Shown piece after piece: positions 1-9,648 of a stretch of 64,000 bases of DNA (the first letter of the stretch is position 1; each line of letters starts with the position of its first letter). Below the pieces are notes generated by a model. That model searched no databases and had not been told where the DNA came from. It saw nothing but the letters and a program-made list of their open reading frames with translations. Source of the stretch: a bacterium (lineage in GTDB: Bacteria; Zixibacteria; MSB-5A5; WJJR01); the NCBI GenBank assembly GCA_021813505.1, contig JAKAKI010000040.1, forward strand, positions 56,559 through 120,558, read 5' to 3'. A program made the position numbers and the translations under genes.

Positions 1-1116
1 TTTGGCATGCCCGCGCTGGCGCCCACTGGGTTCAACCTGGGGGTTGTCATCGGCGCCACGGTGTTGTCGACCTGGGCGAATCCGAGCATCGTTGGGTTGG
101 CCTGGGGCGTGGTGCTGGGAGGGGTGCTGCAGTGGGGATTCCAGGCGGTTTCATTGCACCGGCTGGGATTTCGTCATGCGATCGCGCCCGGGTGGCGCGA
201 CTCCAATGTTCATCACATCGCGAGGCTCATCCTGCCCTCGCTGGTCGGAACGGCCGCGGTGCAGATTAACATCTTTGCGATCACCCGGCTTGCCTGGTCG
301 CTGGGCGATGGGCCGGTGGCGTACTTGAACTACGCCTATCTGGTGATCTTCCTGCCCCTTGGTGTCTTTGCGGTCGCGACCGCGACAGTTGGCCTGCCCC
401 GGCTGTCGCAACTCGTTGCCGCCGGTGACGTGGATGAGGTGCGCCGGACATTCAGGCAGGGTGTCCAGACCGTTCTCTACTTGGTGATTCCCACCGCACT
501 GGCGTTCATCATTCTCGGGCAGCCGATTTGCGCCGCTCTCTTCCAACGGGGACGTTTTGACGCTGCCGCCAGTGTCCATACGGCGAGAGCGTTGGGATTT
601 TACGCGGTCGGCCTTCTGGCGATGGCGACCATTCGTGTGACCACGCCGCTTTTCTATGCCCATCATGACACGCGTACGCCGGCGCTGTGTGGTGTGATCT
701 CGGTAACAGCCAACTTGATCGGGATGTCGATCCTGGTCGGCTATCTAGGCTATGGCGGGCTGGCCCTGTCGGTTTCCTGCGCGGCGATCGTGCAGATCAC
801 CGTCCTGTTGGTGATCGCCCAGCGGCGGTACGGTCCTCTGGGGCTTCTCGATTTGGGGAAATCGCTTTTGACTCTTGCAGTCGTGGGACTGGGCTGCGTG
901 GGTGTGGGCTGGGGCGCCTGGCATCTTGGTGGTTTTGGGGCATCGGCCTGGTCACGGATCGGCGGGCTGGCCCTTGCGATTTTCATTGCCGCCCTGTTGT
1001 ACCTCGGGATAACTTGGCTGTTGGGGTACCGGCAAATCGGGGGCGTCAAAGTGAAACCACGGTGGCGCTCGGGGGCCGGTTCATCCAACGAGTCGGTCGA
1101 CAAGGGGGGCAGATGA
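1..1116 (+). CDS. murJ: Lipid II flippase MurJ/MviN, C-terminal part (5' end outside window)
   Basis: ORF open from the window edge. Polytopic membrane protein with MurJ-like segments (e.g. 'RLILPSLVGTAAVQINIF', 'LNYAYLVIFLPLGVFAVA'). Its stop overlaps the next start (ATGA). Confidence 0.75.
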   Translation, partial: FGMPALAPTGFNLGVVIGATVLSTWANPSIVGLAWGVVLGGVLQWGFQAVSLHRLGFRHAIAPGWRDSNVHHIARLILPSLVGTAAVQINIFAITRLAWSLGDGPVAYLNYAYLVIFLPLGVFAVATATVGLPRLSQLVAAGDVDEVRRTFRQGVQTVLYLVIPTALAFIILGQPICAALFQRGRFDAAASVHTARALGFYAVGLLAMATIRVTTPLFYAHHDTRTPALCGVISVTANLIGMSILVGYLGYGGLALSVSCAAIVQITVLLVIAQRRYGPLGLLDLGKSLLTLAVVGLGCVGVGWGAWHLGGFGASAWSRIGGLALAIFIAALLYLGITWLLGYRQIGGVKVKPRWRSGAGSSNESVDKGGR

Positions 1117-1838
1117 AATTCTCGAAAGTTCTATTGCTGGCGACAGGCGTTGCACTTTGCGGTCTCGCGCCCAGCCCAGCTCTTGGCCAGAACCCGCCAC
1201 GGGAAATCGTCACGGTCGGCCACGCGGTGCTCAAGTCGAAGCCGAGCATTCTCGTGCTTGAAATCGCCGTCACTGGGGCGGGGCCGACGGCCGAGGATGC
1301 CAAGACGCGTTCGGCGAGCAAGACCGAAGCGGTGGTATCGGATTTTCGGCGATTTGGTATCAAGCCGGACGACTGGGAACGCAACCTGTCGGTCGCCCGG
1401 CGTCCGGTGCCGGATGAGCCGAAGCGCATCGGATTTTGGGCCACCACGACCTTGATTGCCCGCCTCGATGACTATGCCGCCGGACTTGAGATGCTCGACC
1501 GCGCGACAATCCTGGAAGTCAGTTCTGTGCGGTTCCGTTTTGAGACCAGCGATCCACAGGGGGAATACGAGAAAGCGCTCAAGCGTGCCTTGGCCGATGC
1601 GCGATTCAAAGCGGAGGCGCTGGCTGCCGAGGGGAATGTGAAACTTGGCACGCTGGTTGGTTGTGAGGAGTTGAGTGGCATCGAAGGGCCGGTCCGTCAG
1701 CCGGGTTCTCCGGCAGGAGCGGACGCTCACGGGAGTCCGGGCGACGAACCGCCCATTCATCAGCAAGTTGCGGATCTCAAAACGCCGACTGTCACGACGG
1801 TGGCGGAGGTCCGGGCACGTTTCGCCATAGTCCAGTAG
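1113..1838 (+). CDS. SIMPL/YggE-like periplasmic protein (DUF541)
   Basis: Signal peptide 'MKFSKVLLLATGVALCGLAPSPALGQ'. SIMPL-family similarity across the length. Start chosen at the internal ATG 1113, just after the murJ stop. Confidence 0.65.
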   Translation: MKFSKVLLLATGVALCGLAPSPALGQNPPREIVTVGHAVLKSKPSILVLEIAVTGAGPTAEDAKTRSASKTEAVVSDFRRFGIKPDDWERNLSVARRPVPDEPKRIGFWATTTLIARLDDYAAGLEMLDRATILEVSSVRFRFETSDPQGEYEKALKRALADARFKAEALAAEGNVKLGTLVGCEELSGIEGPVRQPGSPAGADAHGSPGDEPPIHQQVADLKTPTVTTVAEVRARFAIVQ

Positions 1839-1850
1839 CAGGGATCCGTC

Positions 1851-3185
1851 ATGGCGCTTCGTTCCAGCATCGAGCGCTTCTTCGAATTCGGTGATCGCCA
1901 GGCCAGTTGGCGCGGCGAGATCATCGGCGGTTTTACAACGTTCCTGACAATGGCGTATATCGTCTTTGTCCAGCCGGCGGTGCTGGCGCAGGCGGGCATG
2001 GACTTTGGCGCCGTCATGGCCGCGACATGCCTATCGGCGGCGATTGCCACGCTGATCATGGCGTTGGCTGCAAACTATCCGATCGCGCTCGCGTCGGGCA
2101 TGGGGGAGAATTTCTTCTTCGTCTACGGTGTGGTCCTGGCCACCGGGATGCCATGGCCCGATGCCATGGGCGCCGTCTTTTTCGCGGGTGTTCTTTTCGT
2201 CATCCTTTCATTGGTCAGAGCGCGCGAAACGATTCTGAGCGGGATACCGGATTCTCTGAAGACAGCCTCAGCGGCCGGAATTGGACTTCTGATTGCGTTC
2301 TTCGGGCTGACCAATGCCGGATTAATCGTGAAAGGATCGGGCGCGCTGGTGGCGCTGGGGAAACTCACTCAGCCGCCCGTGCTCCTGGCGCTCGGGGGAT
2401 TGCTGGTCACTGTGATCATGTCAGTCCGCGGAATTCGTGGTGCGATCTTTTGGGGCATCCTGCTGTCCACATTGGCTGCGGCCGTCACCGACATGATTCA
2501 TATCGAAGGGGTCGTGGCGGCACCGCCCTCGCTGGCGCCGACATTTGGGAAACTGACGTGGACACCGGTTCTGTCTGCTGATTTCTTCGCGGCGGTTCTT
2601 GTCTTTCTGTTCATGGAGGTACTCGACACGGTCGGCACTCTCTCTGCCGTTGGGAAGCAGGGAGGCTTCTTTGTCGGCAACAAGCTGCCGCGTGCCAACC
2701 GCGCCTTTCTGGCCGATTCGCTTGGGATTGTGAGCGGCGCGATTCTGGGGACAACGACCGTGACAGCATACGCGGAATCATCGGCGGGAATCGCCGCCGG
2801 CGCGCGGACCGGCCTCTCCAACATGATCGTGATCCTTTGTTTTGTCCTGGCCTTGTTCTTTCACCCGCTGATCAGGGCGATTGGCGGCGGCATCGCGGCG
2901 CCGGACGGCAGTATCTTGAACCCGATCACGGCTCCCGCACTGATCATGGTTGGCGTCATGATGACCCGGCTGGTGGGACGGATTCCCTGGGACGATCTGA
3001 CCGAGGCGATACCGGCATTTCTGGTTATCATTGGCATACCGTTGACCTTTTCGATTTCCGACGGTCTGGCGCTGGGGTTTACGTTCTTCCCAATTGCCAA
3101 GATTGCGGCCGGACGCCATCGCGAGGTGCATCCGGTGATGTATGTGCTGGCCGCTGCCTCGATGGCGCGGTATGTGTTTCTGTAG
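1851..3185 (+). CDS. NCS2-family nucleobase permease (AzgA/PbuG-like guanine/hypoxanthine permease)
   Basis: 444 aa, ~12 TM segments. N-terminus 'FFEFGDRQASWRGEIIGGFTTFLTMAYIVFV' is typical of AzgA-like purine permeases. Confidence 0.8.
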   Translation: MALRSSIERFFEFGDRQASWRGEIIGGFTTFLTMAYIVFVQPAVLAQAGMDFGAVMAATCLSAAIATLIMALAANYPIALASGMGENFFFVYGVVLATGMPWPDAMGAVFFAGVLFVILSLVRARETILSGIPDSLKTASAAGIGLLIAFFGLTNAGLIVKGSGALVALGKLTQPPVLLALGGLLVTVIMSVRGIRGAIFWGILLSTLAAAVTDMIHIEGVVAAPPSLAPTFGKLTWTPVLSADFFAAVLVFLFMEVLDTVGTLSAVGKQGGFFVGNKLPRANRAFLADSLGIVSGAILGTTTVTAYAESSAGIAAGARTGLSNMIVILCFVLALFFHPLIRAIGGGIAAPDGSILNPITAPALIMVGVMMTRLVGRIPWDDLTEAIPAFLVIIGIPLTFSISDGLALGFTFFPIAKIAAGRHREVHPVMYVLAAASMARYVFL

Positions 3186-3227
3186 TCTTTCTTGAATTAC
3201 GTTTGACCACACCGCGGCCTGTTCCTG

Positions 3228-5558
3228 ATGATCGACGAGTGGCATGTAGCTGGACGCAAATCCGGATTGCCGGATAACCAGCAGCGTATTGCTGTCCGGG
3301 GTAAACGGCACCCGGCCCTGCTCCTGGCAGTGCTCGTTGCGCTCGGTGTTTGCCTTGCTGATCATGTTACGGCAGGCCTGACTCTCTGGCTTTGTACTTC
3401 CCTTGTCGCTCTGGCTGGAGTCGTTGCCTTACTGTTGACCCGACGTTGGCGAGGCTTGCTTGTTCTCGCCGGTGTCATGCTTGGCATTGCGCTGGGGGCG
3501 TGGCGCATGGCCGTCGAACTCCACGGACGACCTTCATTGCCGTTAGTCGACCTCATCGAGACACGCGAGCTGGTTGAAGTGTACGGGCGCCTGACCGGTA
3601 TCCCTCGGCAAAGGCTGAGTGGGTGGAGCGCACCCATTGAAGTAATGACGGTGCGCACCGATGCCGGGATTGTGCCCATCAAGTCCGCCGCGCTTCTCAG
3701 CATGCACAAATCACTTTCGGAGTTTCGCCACGGAGACCAGGTTCATTTCACCGGACGGTTCGAGGCACCGTTTGTCCGTCGCAATCCCGGAGGGTTCGAC
3801 TACGCCGCTCATCTGTTTCGACAGGGCATTGATGCCGTCGTCCGGCCGGTTGATTCTCTCGTTGATCGATACGGACTGAGCTCCACACCATCGCTGATGA
3901 ATATCGTCGAGCCGGTTCGCGCCTGGCTTCGCAATGTGTTCGGTGTGCACATGCCAAAAACAGCGCGCGCCCTGATCCTCGGCTTTCTCCTGGGCGACAC
4001 GGATCAGTTGTCTCCGGGCATTGTGGCGGCGTTCCGGGATTCCGGCACGCTTCATTTGCTGGCGGTTTCCGGGGCGAATGTCTGGCTTCTGGTTGGACTG
4101 GTGGCATGGCCGATGCGATTGCTGCGCATCCCGCGCTGGCCGCGATCGTTGATCATCCTGTCGGTCGTGACAGCCTTCTGTGTTTTGACTCGTAACGAAC
4201 CATCGGTGGTGCGCGCCTCGCTCATGGTGGGATTCTTCATTATTGGCCGCCTGATCTACCGGCCCATAACCTTGCTGAACGCCGTCGGCGCTTCGGCGCT
4301 CGTAATACTCATTGCCTCGCCATCCCAATTATTCCGTCCCGGGTTTCAACTGTCCTATGCGGCAGTCATCGGGATCGCGGTGGTCGCGCGGCAGATAACG
4401 CCATGGACGCAGTCATTGAAATCCCGATGGCTTCGGTCCGGCGTCCTGATCGTTTCTTCCTCGGTTGCGGCCACATTGGCAACCGCTCCCATTGTGGCCT
4501 GGCACTTCGGCAGCGTTTCCTTGGTATCGCTATTCGCGAATCTCGCGATGATCCCACTGGCGGCGGCCAGCCTGTACCTCTGCCTGGCGTTGGCGTTCTT
4601 GTCGGTGCTTTCGGTAGCGGCAGCCGGTTGGATCGCGTACCCGGCAGCCCGATTGCTTGATCTTTCTGCTTACCTGGCCACAACGTTTTCGAAGTTGCCA
4701 GGCGCCCATATTCCCTGGCCCAATCCCTCACCCATCTGGATCATCCACCTTTACGGTGCCGGAATTCTGGCGCTGAACTGGAGGCATCGTTACCGCTGGG
4801 TTCGTCCGGTAGCGTGGTATTCCGTAGGACTGACACTCCTAGTCTCGGCGAGTAGGACACTTCACGAAGACCCGCCGTCAATCACGCTGGCGTACCTGGA
4901 CACCGGCAACACGCGTGTCGCGGCTTGCCTTCATCCTAATGGGAATCTGACCTGGCTGGCCGACGACCCCGGCATTGACGACCAACTGGAGCAATGGGTG
5001 ACTCTGCCATTTGTCCGAACGTTATCGGTCCCTGTGCGGCACGCGGAAACTCATTCATGGCGGCGAATGGATTCTGTGGTCGGCCCCACTGTCAGATCAG
5101 CGCCCGCGCAAGGGCGGTTTCCGGCGCCGGGTTGGCGCAGATATGTCTCCGACCTCGACTCCGCCACAGATTCCCGCAGAGTCTGGTGCGATCGCTTCAC
5201 CTGGCAGGGTGACACGGTCATGTGCCTGCGGGACTATCCCACGTCGCCGCCTGGCGCGGCGTGGATCGACTCCACACTCGGCTCCGGGTGGACGATCGTG
5301 TTGCCGGCAAGAATCCCGGACCGGCTGGTCCGGCGGATCCTTGATCGTCATGCCCCCCGTCGGGTCGCGTTCTTCGGCCATGCCGGGGTTTGGCGCGACC
5401 CGGATCAGGTTCTGGAGTTGTGGCGCATGCGCTATCCAGTCATTGAGTTCTATTCCACCGCCGTTCATGGCTGTATGCAAATCCGCTTAGGCCGGGCGGG
5501 CGCCCCGATTCTGCCCACGATGGCGGAATCTCGCTGGGTCCCCTCTCCGGCGGGTTAA
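3228..5558 (+). CDS. comEC: DNA internalization competence protein ComEC/Rec2
   Basis: 776 aa. N-terminal DUF4131-like membrane region. Competence-domain motif 'LSPGIVAAFRDSGTLHLLAVSGANVWLLVG'. C-terminal metallo-beta-lactamase-like region lacking an obvious HxHxDH motif. Confidence 0.75.
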   Translation: MIDEWHVAGRKSGLPDNQQRIAVRGKRHPALLLAVLVALGVCLADHVTAGLTLWLCTSLVALAGVVALLLTRRWRGLLVLAGVMLGIALGAWRMAVELHGRPSLPLVDLIETRELVEVYGRLTGIPRQRLSGWSAPIEVMTVRTDAGIVPIKSAALLSMHKSLSEFRHGDQVHFTGRFEAPFVRRNPGGFDYAAHLFRQGIDAVVRPVDSLVDRYGLSSTPSLMNIVEPVRAWLRNVFGVHMPKTARALILGFLLGDTDQLSPGIVAAFRDSGTLHLLAVSGANVWLLVGLVAWPMRLLRIPRWPRSLIILSVVTAFCVLTRNEPSVVRASLMVGFFIIGRLIYRPITLLNAVGASALVILIASPSQLFRPGFQLSYAAVIGIAVVARQITPWTQSLKSRWLRSGVLIVSSSVAATLATAPIVAWHFGSVSLVSLFANLAMIPLAAASLYLCLALAFLSVLSVAAAGWIAYPAARLLDLSAYLATTFSKLPGAHIPWPNPSPIWIIHLYGAGILALNWRHRYRWVRPVAWYSVGLTLLVSASRTLHEDPPSITLAYLDTGNTRVAACLHPNGNLTWLADDPGIDDQLEQWVTLPFVRTLSVPVRHAETHSWRRMDSVVGPTVRSAPAQGRFPAPGWRRYVSDLDSATDSRRVWCDRFTWQGDTVMCLRDYPTSPPGAAWIDSTLGSGWTIVLPARIPDRLVRRILDRHAPRRVAFFGHAGVWRDPDQVLELWRMRYPVIEFYSTAVHGCMQIRLGRAGAPILPTMAESRWVPSPAG

Positions 5559-5623
5559 GCCCGATCCCTTTGCCCCCGATAACGATACATGGTGGCACAC
5601 CATGCCACCATCAGGGGTTGAAC

Positions 5624-6796
5624 ATGGGATTTACCGGCAATCTGAAAACTCTCTCGTTCGGAGACATTCTCCAGCTCATATCCACGGGGAAGAAGACTGG
5701 AGTTCTCCAGATTCTGCGGTCGAATTTCGCGAAGAAGATTTACTTCCGCGGCGGGAATATTATCGCCGCCGCGTCGCTGCCTTCGACGATCGAAGAGCGG
5801 CTGGGGCAGGTGCTGGCGCGCAAGGGACTCTTGACGGCGGAAGATCTGGACAAGGCGCTGAAGAGACACAAATCCTCCGGCAAACGGCTTGGCCAGGTGC
5901 TCATCGAAAACGGGATGCTGGACCGATCCGTCGTCCTCGACGCGTTACGCGCTCAGGTGGAAGAGGTCGTTTACAGCGTCTTCTCCTGGTCGGAGGCGGA
6001 ATTCCGGTTCCTGGACGATGAGATGCCGGATCAGGGGCAGATTCTGGTTGATCTCAACACCATGAACGTCATGATGGAAGGCGCCCGGCGATTCGATGAA
6101 TACGCCGAGGTCGCCCACGATCTTCCATCCGGTGAAACTGTCCTGCGCCTGTGCCCGTCGCCGCATCTGAATCAGCCGAGCATCGTCCTCACCGCCGACG
6201 ACGTGGAGATTCTGGCGGCGGTCAATGGCGAACGAAATCTGCTGGAGATTCTCGCCACGGCGCCAAACGGTGAATACAGTGCCTCGAAATCACTCCACAA
6301 ACTCGTGCAATCGAAACTGGTCGAGGCCTGTCCCGATGCTGCGGAGCGCGACAAGCGGCGCGGAGAGGAAGAGCAAGTCTACGATTTGATCTACCGCCTG
6401 TATTCGCACGCGCTTCAGGCGCTGCGCAAGTCTCTGGTCGAATACCTCGGCATGCTGGGTGAACGGTTGTTCGCGGCGGTGCCGGAGGGCTGGGATTCGG
6501 AGACCGCCGGTCTCCTGAGTGTTTTGACCGGCGGGAGCGACGGCGCGGAGGAAGCATTTCGCAAGGAGACTTCCCGCATTCCCGAGACGGTGCGTCTGCA
6601 TCGGGTTCTGGCGCTGGCGGGATCATTGTTGTCCGACAAAGTGCGGGTGATGACCGATCGAGTGGGACCCAACACCACCGGACACACAATCAATGGAATA
6701 CACAAGGACCTGACCTTCCTGCTGGCGCAGAAGCGCCAGCTGGCCGACAAGTATGATGTCGGCAGGGAGTTCCGTCAGGCATTGCGAGGAGCGTGA
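5624..6796 (+). CDS. DUF4388-type (PATAN-like) domain protein
   Basis: N-terminal 'GNLKTLSFGDILQLISTGKKTGVLQI...IYFRGGNIIAA' is the DUF4388 signature. Start taken at internal 'MGFTGNL' (5624). C-terminal 250 aa have no recognisable family. Confidence 0.5.
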   Translation: MGFTGNLKTLSFGDILQLISTGKKTGVLQILRSNFAKKIYFRGGNIIAAASLPSTIEERLGQVLARKGLLTAEDLDKALKRHKSSGKRLGQVLIENGMLDRSVVLDALRAQVEEVVYSVFSWSEAEFRFLDDEMPDQGQILVDLNTMNVMMEGARRFDEYAEVAHDLPSGETVLRLCPSPHLNQPSIVLTADDVEILAAVNGERNLLEILATAPNGEYSASKSLHKLVQSKLVEACPDAAERDKRRGEEEQVYDLIYRLYSHALQALRKSLVEYLGMLGERLFAAVPEGWDSETAGLLSVLTGGSDGAEEAFRKETSRIPETVRLHRVLALAGSLLSDKVRVMTDRVGPNTTGHTINGIHKDLTFLLAQKRQLADKYDVGREFRQALRGA

Positions 6797-6800
6797 GACG

Positions 6801-7193
6801 ATGATCGCGAGCTTCATTGTATCGATATCGCATGTCCTCCGCGCCGGCGCGGGGACGCTAATCCAGCAGTCGTCGGGTGCGCAAAGCGGCCAGTCCTCCG
6901 TTTCCGGGTTTTCCATCGGATCGCTGATTCTGTGCATACTAATGGTGCTGGTGCTGGCGGCGTGCATCATGAGTGCTTTCAAGATCTATGTTGCCGTCCG
7001 GGGTGGGAAGATTGCCCAGGGCTGGTTTCTGTTTGTCGTTGGATTTGGGCTGCTTGGCCTGGCTCAGGTGATACTGCTCGCGTCTCAGATGACGATCCTG
7101 CCGGTGTCGACGATGCTGGCGGATGCCATGCGCGCCGTGGCCCTGATTGTGATTTTGATCGGCGCCGGCCGTCTGAGAAGACTCCTGACATAG
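6801..7193 (+). CDS. Small integral membrane protein (hypothetical)
   Basis: ATG 6801 lies 5 nt after the previous stop, with an 'aggag' 9 nt upstream. ~3 TM helices. No family recognised. Confidence 0.4.
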   Translation: MIASFIVSISHVLRAGAGTLIQQSSGAQSGQSSVSGFSIGSLILCILMVLVLAACIMSAFKIYVAVRGGKIAQGWFLFVVGFGLLGLAQVILLASQMTILPVSTMLADAMRAVALIVILIGAGRLRRLLT

Positions 7194-7305
7194 AGTGCTA
7201 TTCGGTGCGCACTTACGTGCAGCCGCGGCCGTCACGGTATCGCGGGGTAATGGGGTTTTGGCAGGCGCAGCGCAAATGGTTGGTAAAGTTCCCCCCATGG
7301 GGCGT

Positions 7306-7326
7306 CGATATCAACAATTGTGATAT
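7306..7326. promoter_or_regulatory. AT-rich inverted repeat ATATCA-N7-TGATAT (candidate operator) ~67 nt upstream of the TPR gene
   Basis: 'GATATCAACAATTGTGATATG' with a palindromic CAATTG core, in an otherwise GC-rich 200-bp intergenic region. Confidence 0.2.
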
Positions 7327-7392
7327 GGGGATAGCCCTTGTCGCGCAGGCGGACGCGGGGCTGTCGCAGTGATTTGATTTCCAAGGGCGCAG

Positions 7393-8283
7393 ATGATCAA
7401 CGTCGCGGAATTAGACGAGCGCATCGAACGTTGCCTGGCCATTCTGGCTGATAATCCGCATTCCCAGGTTTTTGCGGCACTGGCCGAGGCATACCGGCGC
7501 CGTGGAGACTTTGGCCGGGCATTCTCGGTGTGCAAGAGCGGGCTGAAGCATCACCCGGATTATAGTCCGGCCTATGTTGTTCTGGCCAAGCTCTATTTGC
7601 ACCAGAAGATGCTGCCGGATGCATTGACTTCTCTGCAGCGTGCGGTTGAGCTCGATGGCACGACTCGCGTCACCGATGTGCTCGAAGCGGAGATTCAACT
7701 CGCGCTGGGAGACATCAAGGCGACGCAGGTTGTGATCGATCGCTTGCGCATGACGGATCCGGGGAATGTCTCGTTGCCGGAACTGGTGGAACAACTGAAG
7801 CTGCTGCGGTCCGGCCCAATTGTCCCTCCGGCGAATTCTTCGCCCCCGGATGATTGGTCCCAATCATCGCCGCGCGCAGCCTCAGTGTCACGACCCGAGC
7901 CGGAATGCACGAATTGGCCGGAGTGGGCGGTCGCCACCGGCAATCTTCCGGGAGTCGAGTTTGCGTTCGTTGCCGGAGCAAATGGCCGCGTTAGCGCACA
8001 ATCCCCCGAGTCCGAGGCGACTCCCTCCAAAGCCGAAATCATTCTGGATTCGTTGCGGGAGATCGAAGGCCGCTGGCAGGCCGACGTTTGGGGAACGGTC
8101 GGTGAACTTCGCATCGAGAGCACACACGGAGACGTGTGGATCGGACGGCTCAAGGACGTGATCGTCGGATTCGTAGGGTCAGAGCAATTGAAGTACGGTG
8201 CGGCGCGCCAGCGCTGTCTTGATTTGGCGGCGCGGGTCCTGGATGCGCAGATCGCGACAGGCAGTACTGAGGGGCGTGTGTGA
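7393..8283 (+). CDS. TPR-repeat protein
   Basis: N-terminal TPR-like helical repeats ('AEAYRRRGDFGRAFSVCKSGLKHHPDYSPAYVVLAKLYLHQKM...'). Pro/Ser-rich C-terminal half. Confidence 0.6.
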   Translation: MINVAELDERIERCLAILADNPHSQVFAALAEAYRRRGDFGRAFSVCKSGLKHHPDYSPAYVVLAKLYLHQKMLPDALTSLQRAVELDGTTRVTDVLEAEIQLALGDIKATQVVIDRLRMTDPGNVSLPELVEQLKLLRSGPIVPPANSSPPDDWSQSSPRAASVSRPEPECTNWPEWAVATGNLPGVEFAFVAGANGRVSAQSPESEATPSKAEIILDSLREIEGRWQADVWGTVGELRIESTHGDVWIGRLKDVIVGFVGSEQLKYGAARQRCLDLAARVLDAQIATGSTEGRV

Positions 8284-8310
8284 GCGTCTTGACTTGGAAG
8301 GGAATGTACA

Positions 8311-9270
8311 ATGGGCGCATATGACAGGGACACAACGGCCGGAACTGTGAGCACGGTCGTCCGACAGACAATTCTTCTCACGGGCGCCCTGTCCGTGTTA
8401 CCGCTGTTGCCGTATCCCAACACTTTTGGGATGGGGATGCTGGGGGCCGGCCCCTGGCTGGGAGCCGTGGAAACTCTCCTGTATCTGGGGATTCTCTCCC
8501 TTCTGGCCCGCTGGCTCACCGCGCCGCAACTGATTGTCGGCGCCGTGCTGACGTTTGCCTATCGCGCAGCGCTTGGCGCCGCATCCGGATCATTGCTTGC
8601 GGCCAGCAACAATGTGCCCTGGGGGGAGTCGGTCAGTCTCACTCTGTGGTCTTATCCCATCGCGGTCTTTCCGCATATTCTGGCAGCACCACTGGTCGTG
8701 CGTTCCATTCTGAAAGCGTTTTGGGATGAAGAACGCCCGTATTCGCGCCGTCGTGCCATGCCGGTGACGGCGTCGACTGTGTCCCGCCGCGCCGACGGAC
8801 TGGCGCGTACTGAGCCCACTCCCCGTATTGTGCAGCATGCCGCGACGGCACGCGCTGTCACTCATAACATGCCGGCCCTTGACAACGCCATGAGCTACAT
8901 CGGCGAGTACGACGGTGTGCGGATGTGCTGGCTGGTGGACCATGAAGGATTGCCACTGGCTTCCTGGCAGCGGCAGGAGTACACGGGCAGTGTCGAGTTT
9001 TGGGCGCCGATTTCGGTTGAGATTGTGGAATTCAACCGGCGCTGTTTGTCGGCGGGTGGCGATGTCCGGCCACTGCGCGTCGAGGTACGGACCGATGCGG
9101 GACGAATCATTCTGGAAACCGCCGGGGAGTTCTGGCTGGGTGTATTGACCGATCGCGAAACGGATGAGCTCATCGGTCTGCGTCTTTCCCAATCACGCGA
9201 AATGATCTTAAAACATCTGCAGGAGCGGTGTGCGCAGTACTCGGGATTGCAGGAGGCTCGGTATGTATGA
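8311..9270 (+). CDS. Membrane-anchored Roadblock/LC7-domain protein
   Basis: RBS 'ggaaggga' before ATG 8311. N-terminal ~140 aa with 4 predicted TM helices. C-terminal ~110 aa ('SYIGEYDGVRMCWLVDHEGLPLASW...VEIVEFNRRCL...') resemble a Roadblock/LC7 fold. Stop overlaps the next gene start. Confidence 0.5.
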   Translation: MGAYDRDTTAGTVSTVVRQTILLTGALSVLPLLPYPNTFGMGMLGAGPWLGAVETLLYLGILSLLARWLTAPQLIVGAVLTFAYRAALGAASGSLLAASNNVPWGESVSLTLWSYPIAVFPHILAAPLVVRSILKAFWDEERPYSRRRAMPVTASTVSRRADGLARTEPTPRIVQHAATARAVTHNMPALDNAMSYIGEYDGVRMCWLVDHEGLPLASWQRQEYTGSVEFWAPISVEIVEFNRRCLSAGGDVRPLRVEVRTDAGRIILETAGEFWLGVLTDRETDELIGLRLSQSREMILKHLQERCAQYSGLQEARYV

Positions 9271-9601
9271 AGTATTAACCCAGTTGAACAAGACAAATGG
9301 CGTTACCGGCAGCATGGTGGTCGGCAACGATGGCATCGTGATCGCCGCAGACCTCAACAGCCAGATCGAGGACGACACGGTCGGTGCAATGGCTTCGTCC
9401 ATTGTGGCGACTGTCCGGCGGTCGATGACCAGCCTCGGAAATGGTGAGTTCTCCCAGATTACGGTCGAGGCGGACAAGCGCAAGATGTTCCTCGCCGATG
9501 CGGGCGTCGGAACCCTGGTGGTGACGACGGAGCCGCGCGTGAATATCGGGCTGGTGAGGCTCGAGATTCGCAACGCGATCAACGAATTGCGCAACGCCTG
9601 A
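9263..9601 (+). CDS. Roadblock/LC7-domain protein (MglB paralogue, MglC-like)
   Basis: RBS 'aggagg' 9251-9256, then ATG 9263. 112 aa: 'MYEVLTQLNKTNGVTGSMVVGNDGIVIAADL...TVEADKRKMFLADAGVGTLVVTT' is a Roadblock/LC7 profile. Confidence 0.65.
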   Translation: MYEVLTQLNKTNGVTGSMVVGNDGIVIAADLNSQIEDDTVGAMASSIVATVRRSMTSLGNGEFSQITVEADKRKMFLADAGVGTLVVTTEPRVNIGLVRLEIRNAINELRNA

Positions 9602-9648
9602 GAGGACCGCCGGCAGCAGCGGCTGCAGGCCGCGGAGAAAAGCAGCGA

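Noticed and set aside
1907-2581. Alternative-frame ORF overlapping the NCS2 permease
   Set aside because: Same-strand out-of-frame ORF with Arg/Gly-rich nonsense composition. The permease frame shows coherent TM periodicity.
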